From Bacillota bacterium (lineage in GTDB: Bacteria; Bacillota; Clostridia; Acetivibrionales; DSM-1351): a DNA stretch of 24,000 bases. The position numbers and the translations under genes are program-made. The stretch's first letter is position 1, and each line of letters begins with the position of its first letter. Below are positions 8,548-16,280 of this stretch, one piece after another. The notes beneath the pieces are model-generated. The model saw only the letters and a program-made list of their open reading frames with translations, did not search any database and was not told the DNA's origin. The stretch spans positions 23,664-47,663 of the forward strand of contig JAEZUC010000079.1 of NCBI GenBank assembly GCA_023443515.1. Reading direction: 5' to 3'.

Positions 8548-9945
8548 ATGTTGGTTTTATTTATTGCATTATGGGTAATAGCAGGTATACTCATAAGAAC
8601 TGATCCCCATAATCGGGCCACAAGGTGGGGGAGTGCCCTTGCTTTTTTTTCAGGTTTTGGAGGTCTGGGAATTTTTCTAAGAGAATATTCTTTCACGCTC
8701 TCGGACACTAATACTAAATTTATAATTTATTCGGCAACATCGTTCATGTTCACATTGTCTACCCAAATAGCTCCGTATATTGTTTTAATATATAGTATTA
8801 TATATACAGGAACATTAAATAATTTTAAATTTATTTCTAAATATTGCCACGTCATATTTTTTATTCCGGTAATAATAATGTATTTGATTTACCCGTCTAT
8901 ACCGGATTATAGACCATCATTTTTAATTCTTAGCCTATGGGTTGTACCCTATGTACTTTTTGCAAACTACCTGTTGATTTATTCATATAAAGCTGAGAAA
9001 AATGCACGTAAAAAGCAGCAAAGATTGCTTACTTGCATATTAATTACGCCTACAACCCTGTTTGCTATTACGGCTAATTATATTTTAAGAGCATTCCGGA
9101 TTGAGAGTATATGGAGATATAATGCGATTACAATATCGGTCGCTTTCATAATATTCGTATATGCAAGCTTCAGGTATGGAGTTATGGGGGTTAGAGTTAA
9201 ATTTGAAAAATACCGTTTGGACAGTACTATTAAGGCTATAACCTCAGGAACATCAATTATGAATCATAGTATAAAGAATGAGATTATAAAAATAGGAATG
9301 TGTACAAATACGATTAAATCCAAACTTAAAAATCAAAATATCAATATCCCGGATATTGACGAAAATATTGGATTTATTCTTGATTCTAGTGATTACCTTA
9401 CAAAGATGGTTAAGCATATTCAGAAGCATATTCAAGAGATTACCTTGAATGAGCAGGTTAATAATGTTAAGGATATATTTACAAACTCTATAAACATGGT
9501 AATTCCATTTATAAAAAATAAAGAAATCATACTGGAAAACAATTTTCACAATGACATTTTTATAAAATGTGATAGCCTTCATATTCAGGAAGTGTTTCAT
9601 AATGTATTAAAAAATGCCATAGAAGCGGTGGAAGAGGCAGGTAAACTCAAGATAGATGCTGTTTCAAATAAATCAACATTTATTATTGCTATAAGTGACA
9701 CTGGATGCGGAATATCAAAAGAAAATCTTCCTTATGTATTTGATCCGTTTTTTTCCACTAAACGAACCAGTAATAATTTTGGACTGGGGCTATCATATTG
9801 TGTTAACGTTATGAACTTACATGGTGGTAAATTGGAAGTAATCAGCGAAAAAAATGTGGGAACAACGATACAAATTATTTTTCATAAAAGTAGAGTATCC
9901 GGTTTGCTTGATAAGCAAATCAAAAGGAGTTTGGTCAATGGATAA
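8548..9945 (+). CDS. Membrane sensor histidine kinase with multi-TM N-terminus
   Basis: About 7 hydrophobic N-terminal segments; IMNHSIKNEIIKI (His box); EVFHNVLKNAIEAV (N box); ISDTGCGISKENLPYVFDPFFSTK...FGLGLSYCVNVMNLHGGKLEV. Confidence 0.9.
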   Translation: MLVLFIALWVIAGILIRTDPHNRATRWGSALAFFSGFGGLGIFLREYSFTLSDTNTKFIIYSATSFMFTLSTQIAPYIVLIYSIIYTGTLNNFKFISKYCHVIFFIPVIIMYLIYPSIPDYRPSFLILSLWVVPYVLFANYLLIYSYKAEKNARKKQQRLLTCILITPTTLFAITANYILRAFRIESIWRYNAITISVAFIIFVYASFRYGVMGVRVKFEKYRLDSTIKAITSGTSIMNHSIKNEIIKIGMCTNTIKSKLKNQNINIPDIDENIGFILDSSDYLTKMVKHIQKHIQEITLNEQVNNVKDIFTNSINMVIPFIKNKEIILENNFHNDIFIKCDSLHIQEVFHNVLKNAIEAVEEAGKLKIDAVSNKSTFIIAISDTGCGISKENLPYVFDPFFSTKRTSNNFGLGLSYCVNVMNLHGGKLEVISEKNVGTTIQIIFHKSRVSGLLDKQIKRSLVNG

Positions 9946-10573
9946 AATACAGGTAATGATAGTTGAGGATGATCCTGCATGGATTAAAATATTAAATTCT
10001 TTTCTTTCGCAGGAGGAGGATATATTTGTTAAGGCTTCAGCAAACAGTAAAGACGAAGCTGTACGGCTGGCGATAGATATCAAAATAGATGTAATAATTA
10101 TGGACATTAATTTGTCTGAAAACCTTAAGGATGGGGTTGTTGCAGCACTTGAAATAAAGGAATTTTCCGATTCCAAAATAATCATGTTAACATCGTATAA
10201 TGACGATGAACTAATCAAAGATTCCTTTGAAGTTGGAGCTGTAGATTATCTTCTAAAAGAGGATTATTTGGATTTGCCAAACACAATAAGAAAAACATAC
10301 AACAATCGCTCGTCAATACAGGTAATTCTTAATGACTATGCAAGACTTAAAAAAGATGAAAGGTTAAGGGAATTGACAACAGCAGAAAAGGAAGTATTTG
10401 AACTTATAGAACAAGGACTTTCCCAATCACAAATTGCTACAAAATTATCAAAGACAAACAACACGTTGCGTACACAGGTCAAGAATATACTAAAAAAACT
10501 TGGAGCTAAAAATAGTAAGGAAGCTGTAAAAAAAATTAAATACAAGGATATTTTCCACAAATATAAACTATAA
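9938..10573 (+). CDS. NarL/LuxR-family response regulator
   Basis: MDKIQVMIVEDDPAW...VIIMDINLS...IIMLTSY...GAVDYLLKE; HTH ELTTAEKEVFELIEQGLSQSQIATKLSKTNNTLRTQVKNILKKLG. ATG9938 overlaps the kinase stop and AAGGAG is upstream, so the track start at 9854 is probably too long. Confidence 0.92.
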   Translation: MDKIQVMIVEDDPAWIKILNSFLSQEEDIFVKASANSKDEAVRLAIDIKIDVIIMDINLSENLKDGVVAALEIKEFSDSKIIMLTSYNDDELIKDSFEVGAVDYLLKEDYLDLPNTIRKTYNNRSSIQVILNDYARLKKDERLRELTTAEKEVFELIEQGLSQSQIATKLSKTNNTLRTQVKNILKKLGAKNSKEAVKKIKYKDIFHKYKL

Positions 10574-10575
10574 AA

Positions 10576-10598
10576 AGGGGTTATAAAATATAACCCCT
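10576..10598. terminator. 10-bp perfect hairpin; poly-U flank only on the minus-strand transcript
   Basis: AGGGGTTATA (10576-10585) - AAA - TATAACCCCT (10589-10598), with AAAA on the left flank. No T tract on the plus-strand 3' side. Confidence 0.45.
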
Positions 10599-10713
10599 AA
10601 CTCTCAGAATAGTGGTATGAAAAATAACTGTAGTAGGAAAAAAGATATTAATATATAATACACGTAGACATTAATTTACAAATAATAATCAATTAGGGGA
10701 AAATGTAAAATAC

Positions 10714-11184
10714 ATGATACAATCAGGAAAAGAATTTAAACTAGAAAACGTTTTATCTCTAAGAAAAAAAATGACCCAGGAAGAAATAAAAAATGAAATG
10801 GGTAAAATAGGTAAGTTTTTACAGGATAATGGAATAAAAAAAGCCGGACCGATTGTTACCGTAACTTTTGATATTGAAGAAAATTGTGGGCAAGCTCTTA
10901 TGGATATGGAACTCCTTGTTCCAATAGATAAGAAGTTTGATTTTTCAGCAGAATATATATTTAAGCCATTTTTTTACATATTTGATGCTGTATATGCAAG
11001 GCATGAAGGTAATCCTGCAACATTACAAAATACATATAATGAGATACTTGCATATATACAACAGAATAAATTACAACAGATAACGGCAGGTTATAATGTT
11101 CAGGTTAAAGATTTTTTGCCAGGAATGACAGATGATGAGATGGTAATTGATGTTTACATAGGTGTAAGTCGCAATGTACTGTAA
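10714..11184 (+). CDS. GyrI-like/effector-binding-fold protein (DUF5085-like), full-length paralog
   Basis: LENVLSLRKKMTQEE...GPIVTVTFDIE...MDMELLVPIDK...FFYIFDAVYARHEGNPATLQNTYNEILAYIQQNKLQ...DDEMVIDVYIGVSRN. Matches the BmrR/GyrI ligand-binding-domain pattern by eye. Confidence 0.65.
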   Translation: MIQSGKEFKLENVLSLRKKMTQEEIKNEMGKIGKFLQDNGIKKAGPIVTVTFDIEENCGQALMDMELLVPIDKKFDFSAEYIFKPFFYIFDAVYARHEGNPATLQNTYNEILAYIQQNKLQQITAGYNVQVKDFLPGMTDDEMVIDVYIGVSRNVL

Positions 11185-11318
11185 TTACCTGCTGTAAGCC
11201 ATGGGACAGTAGTTAATATAAACTATGAATGTAAAAACTTTATTATTGAAGTTTATGCGCAGAATGGAGAGAAGAGGATACATTTGTAGAAAAATTAGAT
11301 AAAAGTGAGGTAGAAATT

Positions 11319-11555
11319 ATGACATATGCTATGAGTTTAAACAATGTTGGTTTTGCTGAGTTGACACAGGATGAAATGATGTGTGTTGATGGAGGAAACC
11401 TTTTTGGTGATGTTTGCAAAGTTGTTACTTGTGCTACTGTAAGTGCGGTAATTGGCGCTGTAGTTTCTCCATATGCTACACCAGCAGGAGGATATATAGC
11501 AGGAGTAGTATCATATGAGATAATATCCCAGGCGTGGGATAAAGCTTTCAAATAG
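11319..11555 (+). CDS. Double-glycine leader precursor peptide A, 78 aa (candidate class IIb-like bacteriocin component)
   Basis: MTYAMSLNNVGFAELTQDEMMCVDGG|NLFGDVCKVVTCATVSAVIGAVVSPYATPAGGYIAGVVSYEIISQAWDKAFK. L at -12, M at -7, V at -4, GG at -2/-1; GAGGT SD. Confidence 0.82.
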   Translation: MTYAMSLNNVGFAELTQDEMMCVDGGNLFGDVCKVVTCATVSAVIGAVVSPYATPAGGYIAGVVSYEIISQAWDKAFK

Positions 11556-11572
11556 GATAGGAGGTGCAAGTT

Positions 11573-11791
11573 ATGGGAGACTTCATTGAATTAAATTATG
11601 AAGAAATTCAAGCTATAGAAGCTGGCGGATTATTGTCTGCGGTTTGTGGAGCAGCAGCAGGTGCCATTGTTGGATTGTATGTTGGTGGTACCGCAGCAGC
11701 AATAAGTGGTGATTCAAAAAATATTGTCCAGTCTGTAATTGCGGGTGCATCAACAGGATTATGGGTGGGGTTGGGCTGCCCTATTCCGTAG
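11573..11791 (+). CDS. GG/AG-leader precursor peptide B, 72 aa (candidate partner peptide)
   Basis: MGDFIELNYEEIQAIEAGGLLSAVCGAAAGAIVGLYVGGTAAAISGDSKNIVQSVIAGASTGLWVGLGCPIP. AGGAGG (11559-11564) sits 8 nt before ATG11573. Multiple GxxxG motifs; two Cys in the predicted core. Confidence 0.8.
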   Translation: MGDFIELNYEEIQAIEAGGLLSAVCGAAAGAIVGLYVGGTAAAISGDSKNIVQSVIAGASTGLWVGLGCPIP

Positions 11792-11803
11792 ATAAATAAT
11801 TTA

Positions 11804-11855
11804 AGAACCAGATATGCGGATTAAAATTATTCTGCATATTTGGTTCTGGATTTTT
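11804..11855 (+). terminator. Intra-operonic terminator between precursor genes and export genes
   Basis: AGAACCAGATATGC (11804-11817) / GCATATTTGGTTCT (11834-11847), 14-bp stem with one G-U pair, followed by GGATTTTT. Confidence 0.8.
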
Positions 11856-11947
11856 ACTGGTACTGTATTAATTACAGGCACTGAACGCATTAGCAAGAAT
11901 TAATATATATAATAAATATAAATAAAATGTCTAGGGAGAATTTTATT

Positions 11948-12163
11948 ATGAGTATTAAGAATAAGTTATTTGTAAAAAAGATATTTAAAAAATTCATACC
12001 AATGTGTATTGCTATATTAGGATTATATCTTTTAGATATATATTATTTTAGACGGGATGAATTCAGGATCAGTTATGTAATAATTATAGTAATAACTTGT
12101 TTTGCTGTTGTGACCATATCAAGTATTGTAAATACAAAAAAAGATAATAATGGAGTTAGCTAA
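11948..12163 (+). CDS. Small two-TM membrane protein; candidate immunity protein
   Basis: MSIKNKLFVKKIFKKFIPMCIAILGLYLLDIYYFRRDEFRISYVIIIVITCFAVVTISSIVNTKKDNNGVS. GGGAG before ATG11948; stop overlaps the downstream ATG (TAATG). Confidence 0.65.
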   Translation: MSIKNKLFVKKIFKKFIPMCIAILGLYLLDIYYFRRDEFRISYVIIIVITCFAVVTISSIVNTKKDNNGVS

Positions 12164-14361
12164 TGCAAACCCTATTCAAACATTTCTACTGTGTCAAACA
12201 ACATGACATAACAGATTGCGGAGCAGCTTGTCTGGCTACTATCAGCAAGCAGTACGGTTTTAAAACTTCAATAACAAAAATAAGAGAGATTGCAGGAACA
12301 GACAAACAAGGTACAAATGCATATGGAGTGATAAAGGCAGCTGAGAGTCTTGGTTTCACAGCCAAGGGAGTAAAGGGAAATCAGGAGGCCTTTTTTTCTG
12401 AGTTTCCTTTGCCATGCATAGCACATGTTGTCGTCGAAGGTACATTGCTTCACTATGTGGTTATACATAAGATAACAAAAAAGCAGGTTATCGTTGCTGA
12501 CCCCGGAAAGGGTATAGTCAAGTATGTTCCGGAGGAATTCTTTAAAATCTGGACTGGTGTACTTATATTGATGGTTCCTAATGTTACTTTTAGCAAGGGT
12601 AATAATACAAAGGGCCTTTTTTCCCGTTTCTCTAATTTGCTGATGCCTCAGAAGAAGCTACTTGTAAATATATTTTTTACATCTCTCATATACACTATTT
12701 TAGGTATTTTGGGATCTTTTTATTTTAAATTCCTTTTGGATGACATTTTGCAGTACAATCTGGAAAAGACCTTGCATGTTATATCCATAGGCATTATTCT
12801 GCTCTACCTTTTCCAGACTCTATTGGGAGCATTTCGTTCTCACATGGTTCTGTACTTGTCACAAAAAATTGATATACCTCTTATACTGGGGTACTATCAG
12901 CATGTTCTGGGACTTCCAATGAATTTTTTCGGAACAAGAAAGGTTGGAGAAATCGTATCCCGTTTTATGGATGCCTCAAAGGTAAGAGATGCCATATCAG
13001 GTGCAACGCTTACCATAATGATAGATACCCTGATGGCTGTGGCAGGAGCTGTTATTCTATACATGCAGAATTCTACATTGTTTATAGTTGCGGTAGTAAT
13101 AGCGACTATATATGGCATTATTGTTTTTGCATTTAATAAGCCAATCAAAAAAGTAAATCAAGAACAAATGGAAGAGAATGCACAGCTTACCTCCTACCTT
13201 GTAGAATCACTGAATGGAATTGAAACAGTTAAAACCTTCAACGCCGAGGAGGAAGCATCCCTTAAAACCGAAACAAGGTTCGTAAAGCTACTTCGCTCGA
13301 TATTCAAAGGCGGTGTAATTAATAATTTTCGTTCATCAATTACATCCTTCACTGCATTGGCGGGAGGAACAGTCATATTGTGGGTGGGTGCATGGAATGT
13401 AATAAAAGGAAACATGACAGTAGGTCAATTGCTTGCATTTAATGCTCTGCTGGGATACTTTCTGGAACCTATCAAAAACCTCATCAATCTCCAACCAATG
13501 ATACAAACAGCAGTAGTAGCATCAGACAGACTAGGTGAAATATTTGACCTGGAATTGGAAAAGAGTGAAAAAGAGAACGAAAAGATTAAACCCCTTGATT
13601 TAAAAGGTGACATAACCTTTAAAAATGTAGATTTCAGGTATGGAACACGTTCCCTTGTACTAAAAAATATTAATATTACCATAAAGCAGGGCGAAAAAAT
13701 TGCATTGGTAGGGGAAAGCGGGTCGGGTAAAACCACTCTTGTTAAGCTTTTATTGAACCTGTATACCTGGGAAAAAGGCGAAATAGCAATAAAAGACTAT
13801 AACATAAAGGATATATCCTTTGAGTCCCTGAGAGAAAAACTTGCATACATATCCCAGGATATATTCATGTTCAGCGGAACAATACGGGAAAATCTAACCC
13901 TTGGTGACAAAAATATTAGTATGGAAGAAATTATCGAGGCTTGTAAAATGGCACAGGCACATGAATTTATAAACAAGCTTCCATTGCGGTATGAGACTTA
14001 TTTGGAGGAAAACGGTGCAAATTTGTCTGGAGGACAAAAACAAAGGCTTGCTATAGCCAGAGCAATTTTGAAAAAACCCGACATATTTATAATGGACGAG
14101 GCAACCAGTAATCTTGATTCAATTTCAGAGAAGGCCATAGAGAAAACACTGGAAACTGTTTGCAGCGGAGTAACAACGATTATAATAGCACACAGACTAA
14201 GCACTATAAAACGATGTGACAGGATTTTTGTAATGGAAGACGGCAGTATTATGGAACACGGTAGCCATCAGGAGCTTATGGCACTTGGAGGAAAGTATTT
14301 TGAGTTATGGAAGGAGCAATTAACTGAAAAAGAGGAACAAACCATAGGAGGGAAGGTTTAA
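12163..14361 (+). CDS. Peptidase-containing ABC transporter (C39 peptidase, TMD, NBD), GG-leader processing and export
   Basis: C39 Cys motif KQHDITDCGAACLATISKQYG, HYVVIHK, DPGKG; NBD GESGSGKTTLVKLLL, NLSGGQKQRLAIARAIL, IFIMDEATSNLDS. Confidence 0.96.
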   Translation: MQTLFKHFYCVKQHDITDCGAACLATISKQYGFKTSITKIREIAGTDKQGTNAYGVIKAAESLGFTAKGVKGNQEAFFSEFPLPCIAHVVVEGTLLHYVVIHKITKKQVIVADPGKGIVKYVPEEFFKIWTGVLILMVPNVTFSKGNNTKGLFSRFSNLLMPQKKLLVNIFFTSLIYTILGILGSFYFKFLLDDILQYNLEKTLHVISIGIILLYLFQTLLGAFRSHMVLYLSQKIDIPLILGYYQHVLGLPMNFFGTRKVGEIVSRFMDASKVRDAISGATLTIMIDTLMAVAGAVILYMQNSTLFIVAVVIATIYGIIVFAFNKPIKKVNQEQMEENAQLTSYLVESLNGIETVKTFNAEEEASLKTETRFVKLLRSIFKGGVINNFRSSITSFTALAGGTVILWVGAWNVIKGNMTVGQLLAFNALLGYFLEPIKNLINLQPMIQTAVVASDRLGEIFDLELEKSEKENEKIKPLDLKGDITFKNVDFRYGTRSLVLKNINITIKQGEKIALVGESGSGKTTLVKLLLNLYTWEKGEIAIKDYNIKDISFESLREKLAYISQDIFMFSGTIRENLTLGDKNISMEEIIEACKMAQAHEFINKLPLRYETYLEENGANLSGGQKQRLAIARAILKKPDIFIMDEATSNLDSISEKAIEKTLETVCSGVTTIIIAHRLSTIKRCDRIFVMEDGSIMEHGSHQELMALGGKYFELWKEQLTEKEEQTIGGKV

Positions 14362-14362
14362 A

Positions 14363-16240
14363 ATGAAGGAAATTTTAGTTGACATAAATGAACTTACGGA
14401 CAGCCGTGAAATGTATCATACAAAACCTCACCCATTTGTATGGATATTTACATATATTTTACTGGGGTTGGTTATAGTAGCTGTAACATGGGCAGCATTT
14501 GGAAAAAAGGAAATAGTAGTAAAGGCCTCCGGCCAGGTACGGCCTGAATCCGGAATAAGTACTGTCAGGAATATTGTTGAAGGGGAGCTGAAAAGTACTA
14601 ATTGTAGACAGGGAATGTCAGTAATGGCGGGAGAAATTTTATACATAATCAAACATGACAATCTTCTGGTGGAAAGGGAGTCGGCGGAAGTAAAGCTTAA
14701 AGAGTTGGAAAAAGAGTTGGAAAACCTTCAAATATATAGAAAATGCATTTCGTCAGAAGAAAACAATTTTGATCCTGCAAAGGAGCCTGTATATTATGAA
14801 AAGGTTAGAAAGCTTTTGATGGATATAAAATTTTCGCAAACTGATACGGCCTATAAAACTACAAGGCTTAGTGAAGAAAAGCTTCTGAACAGTACACAAC
14901 TGAGCAAAAATCTTAAAGAGATAGAATTCTTAAAAAAGTATATAAAATCCTTGGATAACAATAGAAATTATTTAAATTCAGGAAATGAACTGGAAAAGCA
15001 GTACAAACAGAAATATGATAAGTATCTTATAGCAAAAACAGAAATACAAAGAAAATATGACCAACAAGCTAATGAAATAAAGAGTAACAGCCCTGAAGCC
15101 ATGAAACAGTCACTGGAGGAGGAAAAATCCCAGTTAAGGGCATATGAGACACTGAAAAAGAGCATCGGCGAAGCAAAAAATAATTTTCAGTCCGGGGATA
15201 GGTATTCATATCTTTATACGGAATATGAAAATAGATTTAACTTTCTGAAAAATACATACGAGGAGAAAAAACGATTATACGAGGCATACCTTTCATTGAG
15301 CGGAATAGCCATTACAAAATCCGAGCTGGAGGATGCACGAGTGCAAATGCAGAATGCGCAAGGAGAATATACATCCTATAAAAGCAAGTTTATGTCTGAA
15401 TTGGAAAATAATATAAATAATATACAAATCAGCATAAAAGAAAAAGAAAGTAAGGTTTCCGGTACACAGGACAAACAGGGGTTTCTTAATTTAAATGAAA
15501 AGGACAGAAAAAACAGCTTGAAAGCACTGTATTTGCAGGAGAGAAATGATGCAGCCCAAGCAATAGACAATTTAACGGATACGGTGGGAACGCTGAAACA
15601 AAAAAATGTCCTTTCAGATGCAGAACTAAAAACCATAACCGAAGCAGACGGTCAAAATGAAGACTCCTTGAACTACTCACTGGTAGAAAGAACAAAGGTT
15701 CAGGAAGTTGTTGTCACTGATGAAAAGATTAAAGCAGTAACAGATAGTATTACAGGAGTTAGAGAAAATATTAAAAAACTGGAACTGAGTATAAACAATG
15801 CCATTGTAAAGGCCAGTGTAAACGGAACCGTTAACATAATCGCGGAAATGTACCCCGGGGATTTGATGCCGGCAGGAGCTGAAATATTAACGATAATCCC
15901 TAACACCAATTCAGCTTTTAAAATGCAGATGACTGTCAGCAATAAAGACATAGGTGAAATAAATACAGGGGATACGGTTAAATATAGCTTTGCAGCCCTA
16001 CCTTACAGGGAATACGGACAGGTAGCAGGAAAAATAACAAGTATATCAAAGGATGCAGTCAATAACTCAAGCGGTCAAAGCTATTATGTCGTCGAAGCCA
16101 CCGTTCCCGTAACAAAACTGGTCAGCAATTCGGGGAGACAGGGAGAAATAAAGGCAGGAATGATATGTGAAGCAAATGTAATAACGAAGCAAAAGAGCTT
16201 TTTACGCTATTTTCTTGAAAAAATAAATTTGCTTGATTAA
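14363..16240 (+). CDS. HlyD-family (membrane fusion) secretion adaptor with long coiled-coil
   Basis: N-terminal TM FVWIFTYILLGLVIVAVTWAAFG; lipoyl-like halves VVKASGQVRPESG...VEGELKSTNCRQGMSVMAGEILYII and VKASVNGTVNIIAEMYPGDLMPAGAEILTIIP; long Glu/Lys-rich helical insert; adjacent to the ABC gene. Confidence 0.9.
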   Translation: MKEILVDINELTDSREMYHTKPHPFVWIFTYILLGLVIVAVTWAAFGKKEIVVKASGQVRPESGISTVRNIVEGELKSTNCRQGMSVMAGEILYIIKHDNLLVERESAEVKLKELEKELENLQIYRKCISSEENNFDPAKEPVYYEKVRKLLMDIKFSQTDTAYKTTRLSEEKLLNSTQLSKNLKEIEFLKKYIKSLDNNRNYLNSGNELEKQYKQKYDKYLIAKTEIQRKYDQQANEIKSNSPEAMKQSLEEEKSQLRAYETLKKSIGEAKNNFQSGDRYSYLYTEYENRFNFLKNTYEEKKRLYEAYLSLSGIAITKSELEDARVQMQNAQGEYTSYKSKFMSELENNINNIQISIKEKESKVSGTQDKQGFLNLNEKDRKNSLKALYLQERNDAAQAIDNLTDTVGTLKQKNVLSDAELKTITEADGQNEDSLNYSLVERTKVQEVVVTDEKIKAVTDSITGVRENIKKLELSINNAIVKASVNGTVNIIAEMYPGDLMPAGAEILTIIPNTNSAFKMQMTVSNKDIGEINTGDTVKYSFAALPYREYGQVAGKITSISKDAVNNSSGQSYYVVEATVPVTKLVSNSGRQGEIKAGMICEANVITKQKSFLRYFLEKINLLD

Positions 16241-16280
16241 ATCGCTGTAAAGGTTAAATAAATTATAGGAGTGAGATTAA

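Noticed and set aside
9854-9937. N-terminal extension of the LuxR-type regulator (MWEQRYKLFFIKVEYPVCLISKSKGVWS)
   Set aside because: Fully overlaps the kinase C-terminus; ATG9938 has a good SD and begins a canonical receiver domain.
11243-11569. Minus-strand 108-aa ORF across the precursor peptide A gene
   Set aside because: Plus-strand peptide A has an SD, a canonical GG leader and operon context; the antisense frame has no supporting features.
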